60,364 bases of DNA from Candidatus Saccharimonadota bacterium. GTDB taxonomy: Bacteria; Patescibacteriota; Saccharimonadia; Saccharimonadales; Saccharimonadaceae. The translations under genes were made by a program, and so were the position numbers. The notes under the pieces were generated by a model. It was not told the origin of the DNA. It saw only the letters and a list, made by a program, of their open reading frames with translations, and searched no databases. Of this stretch, positions 40,760 to 50,331 are shown piece by piece; position 1 is the stretch's first letter; the number at the start of each line of letters is the position of its first letter. Location of the stretch: the NCBI GenBank assembly GCA_017964025.1, contig JAGCST010000003.1:1-60364 (forward strand), given 5' to 3'.

Positions 40760-41415
40760 TACAATACTACTCCACTCTTATCAATTTCTGCTACTAAATC
40801 TTGGAAAACCTGTGCAGGATTTTCAGCCTGTGAAATCGCCGAACCTACATTTATTACATCGATATCAGCATGAGCTAGTGCTCTAATATTACTCATATTG
40901 GCTCCACCATCCCAACCAATTTCCACCTCTGGCTTCATATTACGAATTAAAGGAACTTTTTCCATTTGCATTAAATCCGCAGGAGCACCTTGTACTCCAA
41001 GCTGACCAGCAAAAATTAATACATGGTCAGCGGCATCAATATAATGTTTAACATTGCCCGGAAAAGTGGATGGTAATAGTGCTACGCCAGTTTTTATATC
41101 AGCATTTTTTAGTACATCAAAGATCGGTAACAAATCTTCGCTTGCCTCAGCATGTAGAATACAAAGTGAGGGGCTTAGCTTCAAGATAGTATCAAGATTT
41201 TCAGATGGTTTTGCAGCCATCAAATGCAAATCTGTTTCCCAATTCTTTGGCCACCAAATATTGGTCATATCCAAAGTTTCACCTTGGGCGAAGATTCCAT
41301 CAGTAACATCGATTTGTACACGCCTAGTAAAAACATTAATTCGTTCTACTTGCATACGATATTCTTGTTTGTTACCAGATAAAACTGTCGGTACAATTGA
41401 AACAGTCCTAATCAT
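40759..41415 (-). CDS. rpe: Ribulose-phosphate 3-epimerase (divergent)
   Basis: QIDVTDG, DLHLM, WDGG, VGSAI; adjacent to rpiB. Confidence 0.85.
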   Translation of the reverse strand: MIRTVSIVPTVLSGNKQEYRMQVERINVFTRRVQIDVTDGIFAQGETLDMTNIWWPKNWETDLHLMAAKPSENLDTILKLSPSLCILHAEASEDLLPIFDVLKNADIKTGVALLPSTFPGNVKHYIDAADHVLIFAGQLGVQGAPADLMQMEKVPLIRNMKPEVEIGWDGGANMSNIRALAHADIDVINVGSAISQAENPAQVFQDLVAEIDKSGVVL

Positions 41416-41857
41416 AATCTTCCCTTTCGTCCAAGCGATTGATGCGCCTTACTCGGCGTTCTAAACTATCAAAATTAGTTTCAATAAATGCATTAATTAT
41501 TTCACGTATTTTTTCGTCATCCATAAAATGAGCGGACAAACAAAGCACATTAGCATCATCATGTTCACGAGCCAATTTAGCTGATTCTGCATTGTCACAA
41601 TGTGCTGCCCGAATTCCTTTAAAGCGATTAGCTTGAATAGTTACACCGTGTGCTGAATCACAAATCAAAATTCCATAAGATCCCAGATCTTCGCGCACAG
41701 CCTTAGCTACAGCTACAGCCGGATCATTAAAATCATCGCCTTCTACATATTCGAACGCTCCCATATCTTCAAACGTAAAACCTTTTTCAATTAAGAATCC
41801 TTTGATAAATTCTTTTTTCTCAAACCCCCGATAGTCGGCTCCAAGATAAAATTTCAT
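41408..41857 (-). CDS. rpiB: Ribose-5-phosphate isomerase B
   Basis: LGAD, GILIC, ANRFKGIRAA, AREHDDANVLCL. Confidence 0.9.
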   Translation of the reverse strand: MKFYLGADYRGFEKKEFIKGFLIEKGFTFEDMGAFEYVEGDDFNDPAVAVAKAVREDLGSYGILICDSAHGVTIQANRFKGIRAAHCDNAESAKLAREHDDANVLCLSAHFMDDEKIREIINAFIETNFDSLERRVRRINRLDEREDYD

Positions 41858-42861
41858 TATTGGCCCTTTCCAAAATCAATCGCTAATTCGACTAGACGGT
41901 TAGAATAACCCCACTCATTATCATACCAAGCTACAACTTTAATCATATTCCCACCAACCACATCTATAAGTGGTAAATCTACTACGCACGAATGAGGATC
42001 TCCGATAAAATCAGACGATACTAATTCTTCCTCAGTTACGCCAAGAATACCTTCATAATATGGTTGTTTTGCGGCCTTCTTGAAGACATTTACTAATTCC
42101 TCTTTTGTAGTATCGCGTGATATGATTGCGGTAATATCTGACAGAGAAACCACTGGAGTAGGAACGCGTACTGAAAGCCCGTTAAATTTGCCTTGTAAAC
42201 TTGGAATGGTTAATGCAGCAGCCTTAGATGCCCCAGTTGTTGTAGGGACTATATTTTCTGCCGCGCTACGAGCTTCGCGTAAATCCTTAGCTGGTGCATC
42301 AAGAATTCTCTGTGAACCAGTATAGGAATGCACTGTCGTCATCATAGCTTTTTCAATACCAAATTCATTTTCCAAAACTTTCATAATTGGAGCGATACAG
42401 TTTGTTGTACATGAAGCATTCGAAAGAATTTCATCACTTTCTTCTACTACATCTTCATTTACACCAAGTACTACAGTCTTTGCGCCTTCGCCCTTAGCTG
42501 GGGCAGAAATTACAACTTTTTTAGCACCAGCTTTGATATGTGCACGTGCGTCTTCCGGATTAGTAAAGAAACCAGTAGATTCAATTACCACATCGACACC
42601 TAATTTACCCCATGGCAAAGCAGCTGGATCCTTTTCGGCGAAAACTGGAATTTCGCGAGTATTTACTACGATAGCATTTTCGGTTGAGTAAACTTTTTTG
42701 TCATAAACGCCATAAGAAGAATCGTGTTTCAAAAGGTGTGCTAAAGTTTTAGCATCCGTGATATCGTTAATACCCACAACTTGTACGTCATGTCGTTCTA
42801 ATAATATTTTTAACGCATTACGGCCAATTCTACCAAAACCGTTAATTGCTACTTTGATCAT
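41857..42861 (-). CDS. gap: Glyceraldehyde-3-phosphate dehydrogenase
   Basis: INGFGRIGR, SNASCTTNC, WYDNEWGYS. Confidence 0.98.
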   Translation of the reverse strand: MIKVAINGFGRIGRNALKILLERHDVQVVGINDITDAKTLAHLLKHDSSYGVYDKKVYSTENAIVVNTREIPVFAEKDPAALPWGKLGVDVVIESTGFFTNPEDARAHIKAGAKKVVISAPAKGEGAKTVVLGVNEDVVEESDEILSNASCTTNCIAPIMKVLENEFGIEKAMMTTVHSYTGSQRILDAPAKDLREARSAAENIVPTTTGASKAAALTIPSLQGKFNGLSVRVPTPVVSLSDITAIISRDTTKEELVNVFKKAAKQPYYEGILGVTEEELVSSDFIGDPHSCVVDLPLIDVVGGNMIKVVAWYDNEWGYSNRLVELAIDFGKGQ

Positions 42862-42928
42862 TTTTGCCTCCTAAAAAATCTACTTATGCCAATTATAGCA
42901 TAAGTAGATTAAAAATTGTAGACGATTT

Positions 42929-43405
42929 TTAGCGCGCAAAATGTGCAAATGCGCGGTTGGCTTCTGCCATACGGTGACAATCTTCTTTCTTTTTGAAAGC
43001 AGCACCAGTTTCGTTGTAAGCATCTACGATTTCGGCTTCTAGGCGCTTAGTATAAGGCATACCTTTACGAGCACGTGCAGCTTGTACTAACCATGAAAAT
43101 GCAAAATGTAGTTGACGATGTCCAGAAATCGGGAAAGGAATCTGGTAATTAGCACCACCAACACGGCGAGATTTTACTTCAAAATCTGGCGAAACATTAG
43201 CAATGGCTTTCTCTAATACTTCTACTGGGTTCTCTGATTTTAATTTTTTAGCAGCACCTTCAATTGCAGAATAAACTGCTCGTTCAGCTACTTGGCGCTT
43301 ACCGTTCAGCATGGATTTGTTGATTAAACGTTGCACCAAAATGGATTGATATTTGCGATCTGGATTAACTTTTCGCACTAATGATTTAGTAGTTTTACGT
43401 GGCAT
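42929..43405 (-). CDS. rpsG: 30S ribosomal protein S7
   Basis: EVKSRRVGGANYQ, HRMAEANRAFAH. Confidence 0.98.
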   Translation of the reverse strand: MPRKTTKSLVRKVNPDRKYQSILVQRLINKSMLNGKRQVAERAVYSAIEGAAKKLKSENPVEVLEKAIANVSPDFEVKSRRVGGANYQIPFPISGHRQLHFAFSWLVQAARARKGMPYTKRLEAEIVDAYNETGAAFKKKEDCHRMAEANRAFAHFAR

Positions 43406-43407
43406 AA

Positions 43408-43821
43408 TTACTTATCCTCCTTTTTGGCGCCATATTTAGAGCGACCTTGTTTGCGACCTTGCACGCCTTGGAGATCAAGCGTTCCACGTACGACATGATA
43501 ACGCACACCAGGAAGATCCGGCACACGACCACCGCGTACTAAAACCACAGCGTGTTCCTGTAAATTATGTCCTTCACCACCAATATAAGCCCAAACTTCC
43601 TGACCATTAGTAAGACGCACACGTGCAACCTTACGCATAGCTGAGTTAGGTTTCTTTGGAGTTTTGGTAGTAACTTTAATACAAACACCACGCTTGAGTG
43701 GAGCTGCTCTATCATACTTCTTGGTCTTCAAAGTATTCACAATGGAACCAAGAGCCGGAGACTTTGATTTTTTCGCAGCCTTTTTTCTAGGCTTACGAAT
43801 CAACTGATTAATAGTTGGCAT
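43408..43821 (-). CDS. rpsL: 30S ribosomal protein S12
   Basis: [31 protein letters not shown]. Confidence 0.98.
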   Translation of the reverse strand: MPTINQLIRKPRKKAAKKSKSPALGSIVNTLKTKKYDRAAPLKRGVCIKVTTKTPKKPNSAMRKVARVRLTNGQEVWAYIGGEGHNLQEHAVVLVRGGRVPDLPGVRYHVVRGTLDLQGVQGRKQGRSKYGAKKEDK

Positions 43822-43854
43822 TAAAAATTCCTCTTTAACTTATTATTATATGGT

Positions 43855-43886
43855 GCTTGTTTATTTTACAGCAATCATAAACAAGC
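43855..43886 (-). promoter_or_regulatory. Hairpin in the rpsL 5' leader
   Basis: Perfect 10-bp stem GCTTGTTTAT/ATAAACAAGC downstream of TAGACA-17-TATAAT. Confidence 0.55.
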
Positions 43887-43939
43887 TGAAACTCATATTC
43901 CTATTATATCATGCTTCTACTAAAATGTCTACAATATCT

Positions 43940-44104
43940 TTATTCAACAATCCATGGATCGGTAGCTATTCCAGAGCCTCCGAGAATAACAATATCATGT
44001 ATGAGAGAAATTACCGGGCGGATTCCACGTCCATAATCTATATTTAATTAACTAATACGACTATTAGAGTCCAATATAAAACCACCAGCCTGACCAGAGC
44101 TATT
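43940..44104 (-). pseudogene. C-terminal remnant of a GxRP-motif surface-protein gene
   Basis: NSSGQAGGFILDSNSRIS*LNIDYGRGIRPVISLIHDIVILGGSGIATDPWIVE*; no start codon; in-frame TAA at 44048-44050. Confidence 0.6.
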
Positions 44105-44114
44105 TTTAAAAATC

Positions 44115-45392
44115 TCAACCGTTGGCTTTTACTAAATAATCTAAAGTCGCTTCAATAATCATTCGGTTTTTAATATCCATTTTGACATTTGGATCTTTCA
44201 ATGATTTCAAGGCATCTGGCGATTTTTTATAAACATCTTTAAGCTCGGCAATTTTCGCTGCGACTAATTCATCCGATATGGCAATCTTTTGCTCTACAGC
44301 AAGCGTTTGCAAAACCAAAGATGCTTTTACACGGGTCTCAGCGATTTTACGTGCTTCCTTCTCCCAGTTTTCCAAAGTTTCATGGTTGGCATCTAAGAAT
44401 TCTTCAAAACTTAATCCTTGAGCTGCAGCGTTTCTAGTCATATCATCGCGAATCATACGCATTTGATCGTTAATTAAAATTTCTGGTGCCGATACTTTAG
44501 ATTTTTTTACCAAAGCATTTACTAAGTCATCTTTGAATTTCTCTTCAAGTTTATGAGCATTTTGTGCTTCCAAATTTTTCTTAATATCAGCTTTCAATTC
44601 GCTCAAATTTTTAAATGGTCCACATTTTTTGGCTAATTCATCATCTATTGGTACTTTTTTAATTTCGTTTACTTGTTTTACCAAGACTTCAAATACAGTT
44701 TTAGCGCCAGCTAAATCTTTTACGCCATAATCTTTTGGAAAAGTCAGCTTAAGATCGAATTTATCGCCAGGTTCATGTCCGACTATTCCGTCTTCAAAAC
44801 CAGGAATAAAAGTATTAGAACCAAGTGTTAATTTATAATCTTTAGCTGAACCACCTTTAAACGCTTCGCCATCTTTTTTACCCACAAAATCAATTAAAAC
44901 CTCATCACCTAGCGCAGCAGCTTTTTTAACTGCTTTTTTATCAGCATAAGAAGTGGCAATATTATCCAAAATTTCTTTAATTTCCTTTTCAGTAACCTTA
45001 GCTTCTGGTTTCTTAACACCTAGTTTTTTATAATCACCTAACTTAACTTCTGGCACGATATCGGCAATTGCGGTATATTCAATCATTTCATCAGGTACCA
45101 TTTTGGTAACAGTTACATTAGGCAATACCAAAGGCGACTTGGAGACTTCCTTAAAAGCTTCAATCACAGTTGTGCGCACTGCAAAATCTATAGTTTCCGC
45201 ATTTAAATCATTCTCTGGAATAAATTTCTTAGCAATTTCAGCTGGTACTTTGCCTTTACGAAATCCTTCAACTTTTAATTCTTTAGCTAGTTTTTCAAGT
45301 GCCTTCTCTTTGGCTGGCTTTAAATCCTTACTATCTAAGGTCACCGTTAATTCAACCTTAGAATCAGAAAGTTTCTTCAACTTTGTCTTCAT
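44115..45392 (-). CDS. tig: Trigger factor
   Basis: GFRKGKVP, LGSNTFIPGFEDGIVG, FPKDY. Confidence 0.96.
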   Translation of the reverse strand: MKTKLKKLSDSKVELTVTLDSKDLKPAKEKALEKLAKELKVEGFRKGKVPAEIAKKFIPENDLNAETIDFAVRTTVIEAFKEVSKSPLVLPNVTVTKMVPDEMIEYTAIADIVPEVKLGDYKKLGVKKPEAKVTEKEIKEILDNIATSYADKKAVKKAAALGDEVLIDFVGKKDGEAFKGGSAKDYKLTLGSNTFIPGFEDGIVGHEPGDKFDLKLTFPKDYGVKDLAGAKTVFEVLVKQVNEIKKVPIDDELAKKCGPFKNLSELKADIKKNLEAQNAHKLEEKFKDDLVNALVKKSKVSAPEILINDQMRMIRDDMTRNAAAQGLSFEEFLDANHETLENWEKEARKIAETRVKASLVLQTLAVEQKIAISDELVAAKIAELKDVYKKSPDALKSLKDPNVKMDIKNRMIIEATLDYLVKANG

Positions 45393-45416
45393 AATAACTC
45401 CTATAAATTTAATATA

Positions 45417-47003
45417 TTATACCATAATTTTTGAGAGATTGTCAGTCCGAAAATGCGTTCGAGTGAATTTTGAATGGGCGCCCAATTTAATATCAGGATT
45501 CAAAATCTCATTTCGGTCAAAAATTTCTTTTATTTTTCCATAGAAAATCTTTTCCGGTTCTAACATATTCGCATTAGTTACTACCGCTTTTAATCTACCT
45601 TCTGGTGCGCCACCCGCCAATTCTCCACCCTGACGATTGATAATAAAAGCTCCCGCACGTAAAAACATCGTAGCTTTTTTATTAAATTCTTTATCATCAA
45701 GTTTAAACTTTGGTCTCAAACTATAAATCGAAGAGCTAAGTGAACCGAAGAGTTCTAGTTCTAAGTCTAATTTCTTTTCTAAAACTTGCAAATCTTCCAA
45801 AAAATTCTTAATATTTTGTCGCGGCAGATAAAAATCCGTCAAAATCGGTACACGTTCACCATTTTTTACATGAGCCAAATAATTAGTTAAAGAATTTTCA
45901 AATTCATTTAACGTTGGCCTATCATTAACAGATTCAAAAATAAACTTAGAACTGCGCGGAAATTTACTACGCATATTCATAATTTTCTTCAAATTAATAT
46001 TCGGTCGCTCATCGAAATTCGCGAATACTACAAAACCATCTTCAAGCTTGCGGATTACACCATCCAAATTTTTACCAGCCTCGCGCGCTTCCATAATAAT
46101 TCTAAGGTCAAATAAATTCATTTTACGTGGTTTTAAAGGCTCAATGGCCTCAGCGTATTGAATCGCTTGATCGATTTCTTTAAATGTTGCGACTACTCGT
46201 TCAGGTCGTTTCTTTAGTGGTATTGCTCGTAAAATTACTTCCGAAATGATACCCAACGTTCCTTCAGCACCAAAGAATAGAGGCATCAGATCTAGAGTTT
46301 CACGTTTAGGAGCTTTCGCAATCATCGGATACCCAGCCATATCTTTGTGGTCTTTACCGATTTTTTCAATTAATTCCTTATTTTCTTTCAATAATTTAGA
46401 AATCTTTCGATAGATCTCTCCTTCAAAAGATTTTTCGGCTGCGCGTTTAGCCAGAGCGTATTTTTTAAATCTTTCAGTTTGCAAACATTCACCATTCGCC
46501 AAAACCACCTCTATTCTTTCAACATAAGCATAAATGCCGCCATATTTACCAGCACAATCACCTTTAGTATTTTTCGAAATCAATCCGCCAATAGTTTCTT
46601 CGTCATGTCCATCAATCGGAATTTGCAAACCAGACACTGATAATGCAGTATTTAATTCACGTAGAGTAATACCAGACTGTACACGTACTAAGCGCTCACG
46701 GCTATCAATTTCCAGCAATCGGTTTAATTTTTCAGTAGAAATCACTACACCATTAGTAAGGTCAGCCCCACCTTTATCCATACCAGAACCTCGTGCGGTC
46801 ACTGCGACCTTTATATCTTTTACAGCCAACTGATTAAAAAACCGCATCAATTTACGTATATCATCAGTCGATTCTGGAAAAGCTACAAATTTCGGTTTAA
46901 TTTTTAAAACCGAACGATCCGTAGAATATTCTTCTAATATTTCTGGAGTATCAAAAACATTTCCTACTGTCAATTGATTTAAGTACTTCGCAATTTTCCC
47001 CAT
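45417..47003 (-). CDS. FAD-binding oxidoreductase (GlcD/D-lactate dehydrogenase-like)
   Basis: YSTDRS, ARGSG, TIGG, GAEGTLGII, FDRNEILNP. Confidence 0.82.
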   Translation of the reverse strand: MGKIAKYLNQLTVGNVFDTPEILEEYSTDRSVLKIKPKFVAFPESTDDIRKLMRFFNQLAVKDIKVAVTARGSGMDKGGADLTNGVVISTEKLNRLLEIDSRERLVRVQSGITLRELNTALSVSGLQIPIDGHDEETIGGLISKNTKGDCAGKYGGIYAYVERIEVVLANGECLQTERFKKYALAKRAAEKSFEGEIYRKISKLLKENKELIEKIGKDHKDMAGYPMIAKAPKRETLDLMPLFFGAEGTLGIISEVILRAIPLKKRPERVVATFKEIDQAIQYAEAIEPLKPRKMNLFDLRIIMEAREAGKNLDGVIRKLEDGFVVFANFDERPNINLKKIMNMRSKFPRSSKFIFESVNDRPTLNEFENSLTNYLAHVKNGERVPILTDFYLPRQNIKNFLEDLQVLEKKLDLELELFGSLSSSIYSLRPKFKLDDKEFNKKATMFLRAGAFIINRQGGELAGGAPEGRLKAVVTNANMLEPEKIFYGKIKEIFDRNEILNPDIKLGAHSKFTRTHFRTDNLSKIMV

Positions 47004-47030
47004 GTTGCTTATGATTATAGCATAAAAAAA

Positions 47031-47243
47031 CTATTTTTTGGCGGGTTCAGTTTTATCTTCAGCTGGTTTTTTGAAAATCAAATCGATTTCCAATGTTTTT
47101 CCACTTGGTCCAAATAGTACTGGTATAAAACCGACGTATTCATAACCTTTCTTTTCGACATATTCTTCTATCACCTCACGATGTTCTTTAATGTCGGAAT
47201 TGATTAATTTGTTATTTGCATATTTTAGTCTTACAAACTCCAC
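47031..47243 (-). CDS. Small protein, DUF4177-like
   Basis: GTG start with SD AGGAGG; HREVIEEY...GYEYVGFIP...IDLIF. Confidence 0.65.
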   Translation of the reverse strand: MEFVRLKYANNKLINSDIKEHREVIEEYVEKKGYEYVGFIPVLFGPSGKTLEIDLIFKKPAEDKTEPAKK

Positions 47244-47302
47244 AAGACCTCCTTTTATATAATTTAAATTAATTATATCACTAAAATAAAATCGAATAAG
47301 TT

Positions 47303-48085
47303 TTAATCTAAAAGGCCACTTTCACGAATGATATCACTTTTACCAGCAATAATTGACGTTTTTTCTGCACCAAAAGTTAATGGTTTTCCGTTTAGCTGAC
47401 AAACTTCACCACCAGCTTCAGCTACGATTAATGCTCCAGCCGCAAAATCCCACAATGAAATTCGTTCCTCAAAGAATAAACTAAATCTACCTGCTGCCAA
47501 ATAGCATAAATCTAGCGCTGCCGCACCCATTCGCCGTACATCCGAACATTTAGCGAAAATTTGTTTTAATTTCAGCATTGTATTATCAAACACTTCCGGA
47601 AAATATGGTGCTGTTCCAAATGCTACTAATGATTTTTCTAACGGTTTATCCGATACATGAATTGGTACACCATTTAAAAATGCTCCACCGTTCAATACTG
47701 CCTTAAACATTTCATCATGGTAAGGATCATAAACTACGCCAATAAATGGTTTTCGGTTTTTAAAACAAGCAATAGATACACAACTAAAATGCATTTCTTT
47801 AGTAAAATTAGTAGTACCATCAATTGGGTCAATTACAAATACATATTCATTATCTGGGAGGATATCCCCGGCCGTTTCTTCCGAGTAAAATCCTACTTCA
47901 GGAAATTGCTCTGATAAATATTGAACAATTCTATTTTGGTTTTGTAAATCTACCTGTGTTACTAAATCTCGATTAGAAGATTTTTCGTTGACTATCAAAT
48001 CGTCCGTATGGCGTCGAATCATTGCTTCACCACAAATATGCGCGATTTTTTCCATCTCGCTTAATTTTTTCTTTTCATCTAACAT
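47303..48085 (-). CDS. Inositol monophosphatase family protein (SuhB-like)
   Basis: DLVTQVD, IDPIDGTTNF, GAAALDLC, WDFAAGALIVAEAGG. Confidence 0.92.
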   Translation of the reverse strand: MLDEKKKLSEMEKIAHICGEAMIRRHTDDLIVNEKSSNRDLVTQVDLQNQNRIVQYLSEQFPEVGFYSEETAGDILPDNEYVFVIDPIDGTTNFTKEMHFSCVSIACFKNRKPFIGVVYDPYHDEMFKAVLNGGAFLNGVPIHVSDKPLEKSLVAFGTAPYFPEVFDNTMLKLKQIFAKCSDVRRMGAAALDLCYLAAGRFSLFFEERISLWDFAAGALIVAEAGGEVCQLNGKPLTFGAEKTSIIAGKSDIIRESGLLD

Positions 48086-48089
48086 AATA

Positions 48090-48452
48090 CTATTCTTTAA
48101 TATCGTTTAATTTAGCAGTGTATTTATATAAACCCTGAATATGATTTTCCAAAAAATAATAATGTTTAACATAAAACCCAGTCAAAATAATCAGTAGAAT
48201 GGTTAAGACGTAAAGTGGCAACATTTCGTAATGTAATTTATACGATACGGTCGTCCATGCCGCAATAAACAAGAAAATTACCGAAATCAAAGTAAAAAAC
48301 AACATTACAATTAAATGGATTATTCTTTCGTGTTGGAAGCTTTCCATCATTTCAGAATGGTATTTAGCTAGATTAGCTTTTTCTTTTTCACTTAATTTTT
48401 CTCTAGTAGCTTTTTCGATGAATTTCTCGTATTCTTTAATTTTCTTTTCCAT
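48090..48452 (-). CDS. Small two-TM membrane protein
   Basis: FQHERIIHLIV...HYYFLEN. Start moved to 48452 (TATAAT-6 nt-ATG). Confidence 0.75.
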   Translation of the reverse strand: MEKKIKEYEKFIEKATREKLSEKEKANLAKYHSEMMESFQHERIIHLIVMLFFTLISVIFLFIAAWTTVSYKLHYEMLPLYVLTILLIILTGFYVKHYYFLENHIQGLYKYTAKLNDIKE

Positions 48453-48514
48453 AACCATATTATACAACTAAAATCAGAAAAAACCTAAAAATACCAGAAA
48501 ATATACCCCATATA

Positions 48515-48602
48515 TTGACAAACTATATATTTTGTGCTATAATAAAAAATATTCGAGAAGAACGTACTTTTACAGAGAAGAATCATAGAAGGGGGTGGTT
48601 TT
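48515..48602 (+). promoter_or_regulatory. Consensus promoter and conserved leader of an orphan gene
   Basis: TTGACA-17-TATAAT (TGn extended); leader 48564-48595 matches 55133-55102 at 26/32 positions. Confidence 0.8.
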
Positions 48603-48941
48603 ATGAATCAGACGCTCAACGGTTTTGTCCATGACTGGAACAAGACTCATAAATATCTGAATTTTTCGCTCAATGAAGCTCCTGTCACAGATCGTCCAAT
48701 CAACGTGGAAATTCGTTATCCAGCAGTAAAATATAAGGACGTTTTTTCCACCGAGACTTGGTATCAGTTAAATGATATCGTGGATGCTAAGTCTCATGGC
48801 ACTATGTTCATTGTGACCGACGAGCACCTCTTTGAGAAAGGTATCATTGAGGCGAAAATTGCTTCTCTAAATCATAACTACGAGGATCAGCGCATTGCTA
48901 GCGCTTTAACATGGATCGGCGAAGAGTTATTCTCTGAGTAG
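48603..48941 (+). CDS. Hypothetical protein (112 aa)
   Basis: Own promoter, G-rich SD and terminator. Confidence 0.8.
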   Translation: MNQTLNGFVHDWNKTHKYLNFSLNEAPVTDRPINVEIRYPAVKYKDVFSTETWYQLNDIVDAKSHGTMFIVTDEHLFEKGIIEAKIASLNHNYEDQRIASALTWIGEELFSE

Positions 48942-48963
48942 ACAAAACCATAAGAATCCTCAT

Positions 48964-48988
48964 AGCTCGCCATATTGGCGAGCTTTTT
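48964..48988 (+). terminator. Intrinsic terminator
   Basis: AGCTCGCCA-TAT-TGGCGAGCT-TTTT. Confidence 0.85.
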
Positions 48989-49027
48989 CATGTTATAATT
49001 ATAAGTAATAATTTTCGGAGGTGATTT

Positions 49028-50125
49028 ATGTCAAAATTTAATAATCCTAATACTTCTGACTACAAACGTTTAGAAAGAATATTAAATGCAATGATGCCTG
49101 ATCCTACAGAATTTGGCTATGTCTATCCAAAAGAAGAAATTTCAAGTGATAAAAAACAACTAGAGGCTTTTAAATATACACCAGAATACAAAAAAGGCCA
49201 AGAACGCTCCGATGCTAAACTTCTCGAAAAAACTTTTACCGATATGTTAGAAAGAGGCGATTGGTTTGGTGAATTTGATTTATATGGTGACGATGATGAT
49301 TTTTTTGCCCTAAAAACTTTTCCAACCGCCGAGATTGATGATGCATTTAATCACATTGATGTAATCTGCATGATTAACAATCCAATTACCAACCATGAAA
49401 CTTTACCTTTTGCAGTAGATTTAACCTATAACACAGACTCAGACAAAATGGCCCGAAAATTTAGATGGAAACATGTCTACGGCAAAAAAAAATCTGCTCC
49501 AGAAGGTGTCTCTGAGTTTGGCGAGAGCTACGTAACAAAGAATCATGACGGCGAAGAAGTTTTAAAAACACGACCATTACCGCTTAAATTCAGAAATGGA
49601 CTCAAAATTCCCGGCTTTGCCTCTGCCAAATATTTTGAAGATAAAGATGATATTTGGAATCCGGTACATGAAAAAGGTAGAATTCCAATTATGCCACGAT
49701 TTATCGTCGGATATTCCCCAGATATTGCAAGTGTACTCGCGAGTGGTATGCCAGACGAACAATTTAGGCAAAAATATGGCGAACAGGAATATCAAGCAAG
49801 ACGTCAAAGATTTCAGAGCGCCGAAAGAAGGGCGAAATGGTGTACCTTGCTGGAATGTTATGAACAAGCGTCTAACATTCGTTATATGCTAGAACATATG
49901 GATGAAGAAGAAACTAAATGGATGTCTCCAGAAGAACTCGAAGAGGCTAAAAAACAAATCATCATGATAGAAGAATACTTTACTAAAGCCATTAAACTTG
50001 CAACCGAAAAAGCTCAAACCGATCCCGATGAAATGTCTGCTATGCAATATGCTGACAGGGATGTTGTCCGACTTGCAATTATAGAACATAGCAGCAATAC
50101 GTATCTTGCAAAAGCATGGGAATAA
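49028..50125 (+). CDS. Hypothetical protein (365 aa)
   Basis: SD GGAGGTG; acidic motifs DDAFNHIDV and FAVDLT. Confidence 0.8.
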   Translation: MSKFNNPNTSDYKRLERILNAMMPDPTEFGYVYPKEEISSDKKQLEAFKYTPEYKKGQERSDAKLLEKTFTDMLERGDWFGEFDLYGDDDDFFALKTFPTAEIDDAFNHIDVICMINNPITNHETLPFAVDLTYNTDSDKMARKFRWKHVYGKKKSAPEGVSEFGESYVTKNHDGEEVLKTRPLPLKFRNGLKIPGFASAKYFEDKDDIWNPVHEKGRIPIMPRFIVGYSPDIASVLASGMPDEQFRQKYGEQEYQARRQRFQSAERRAKWCTLLECYEQASNIRYMLEHMDEEETKWMSPEELEEAKKQIIMIEEYFTKAIKLATEKAQTDPDEMSAMQYADRDVVRLAIIEHSSNTYLAKAWE

Positions 50126-50168
50126 AAAAACGCGCGTTCGCGCGAAGATTTTGAAAAAAGTCTGAATC

Positions 50169-50253
50169 TGGTGCCCGGAACAGGATTTGAACCTGCACAC
50201 CGAAAGGCATATGCTCCTAAGGCATACGTGTCTACCAATTCCACCATCCGGGC
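50169..50253 (-). tRNA. tRNA-Leu(TAG)
   Basis: Acceptor GCCCGGA/TCCGGGC-ACCA, anticodon loop CTTAGGA, long variable arm, TTCAAAT T-loop. Confidence 0.96.
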
Positions 50254-50297
50254 ACAGCATCTAAGATAGACTTATTCAATTATATCATAAAACCACC

Positions 50298-50324
50298 AAA
50301 AAGCGAGGTGAGGCCTCGCTTTTT
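50298..50324. terminator. Intrinsic terminator
   Basis: AAAAAGCGAGG-TGAGG-CCTCGCTTTTT. Confidence 0.8.
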
Positions 50325-50331
50325 AACTTAA

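Noticed and set aside
43960-44110. CRISPR repeat/tracrRNA-like (AGAGCTAT) and T7-promoter-like (TAATACGACT) words
   Set aside because: Short chance matches, with no array or cas genes; the region is better explained as a coding remnant.
49889-50260. Minus-strand ORFs 49889-50260 and 50014-50247
   Set aside because: They run through tRNA-Leu(TAG) and antisense to a longer gene.
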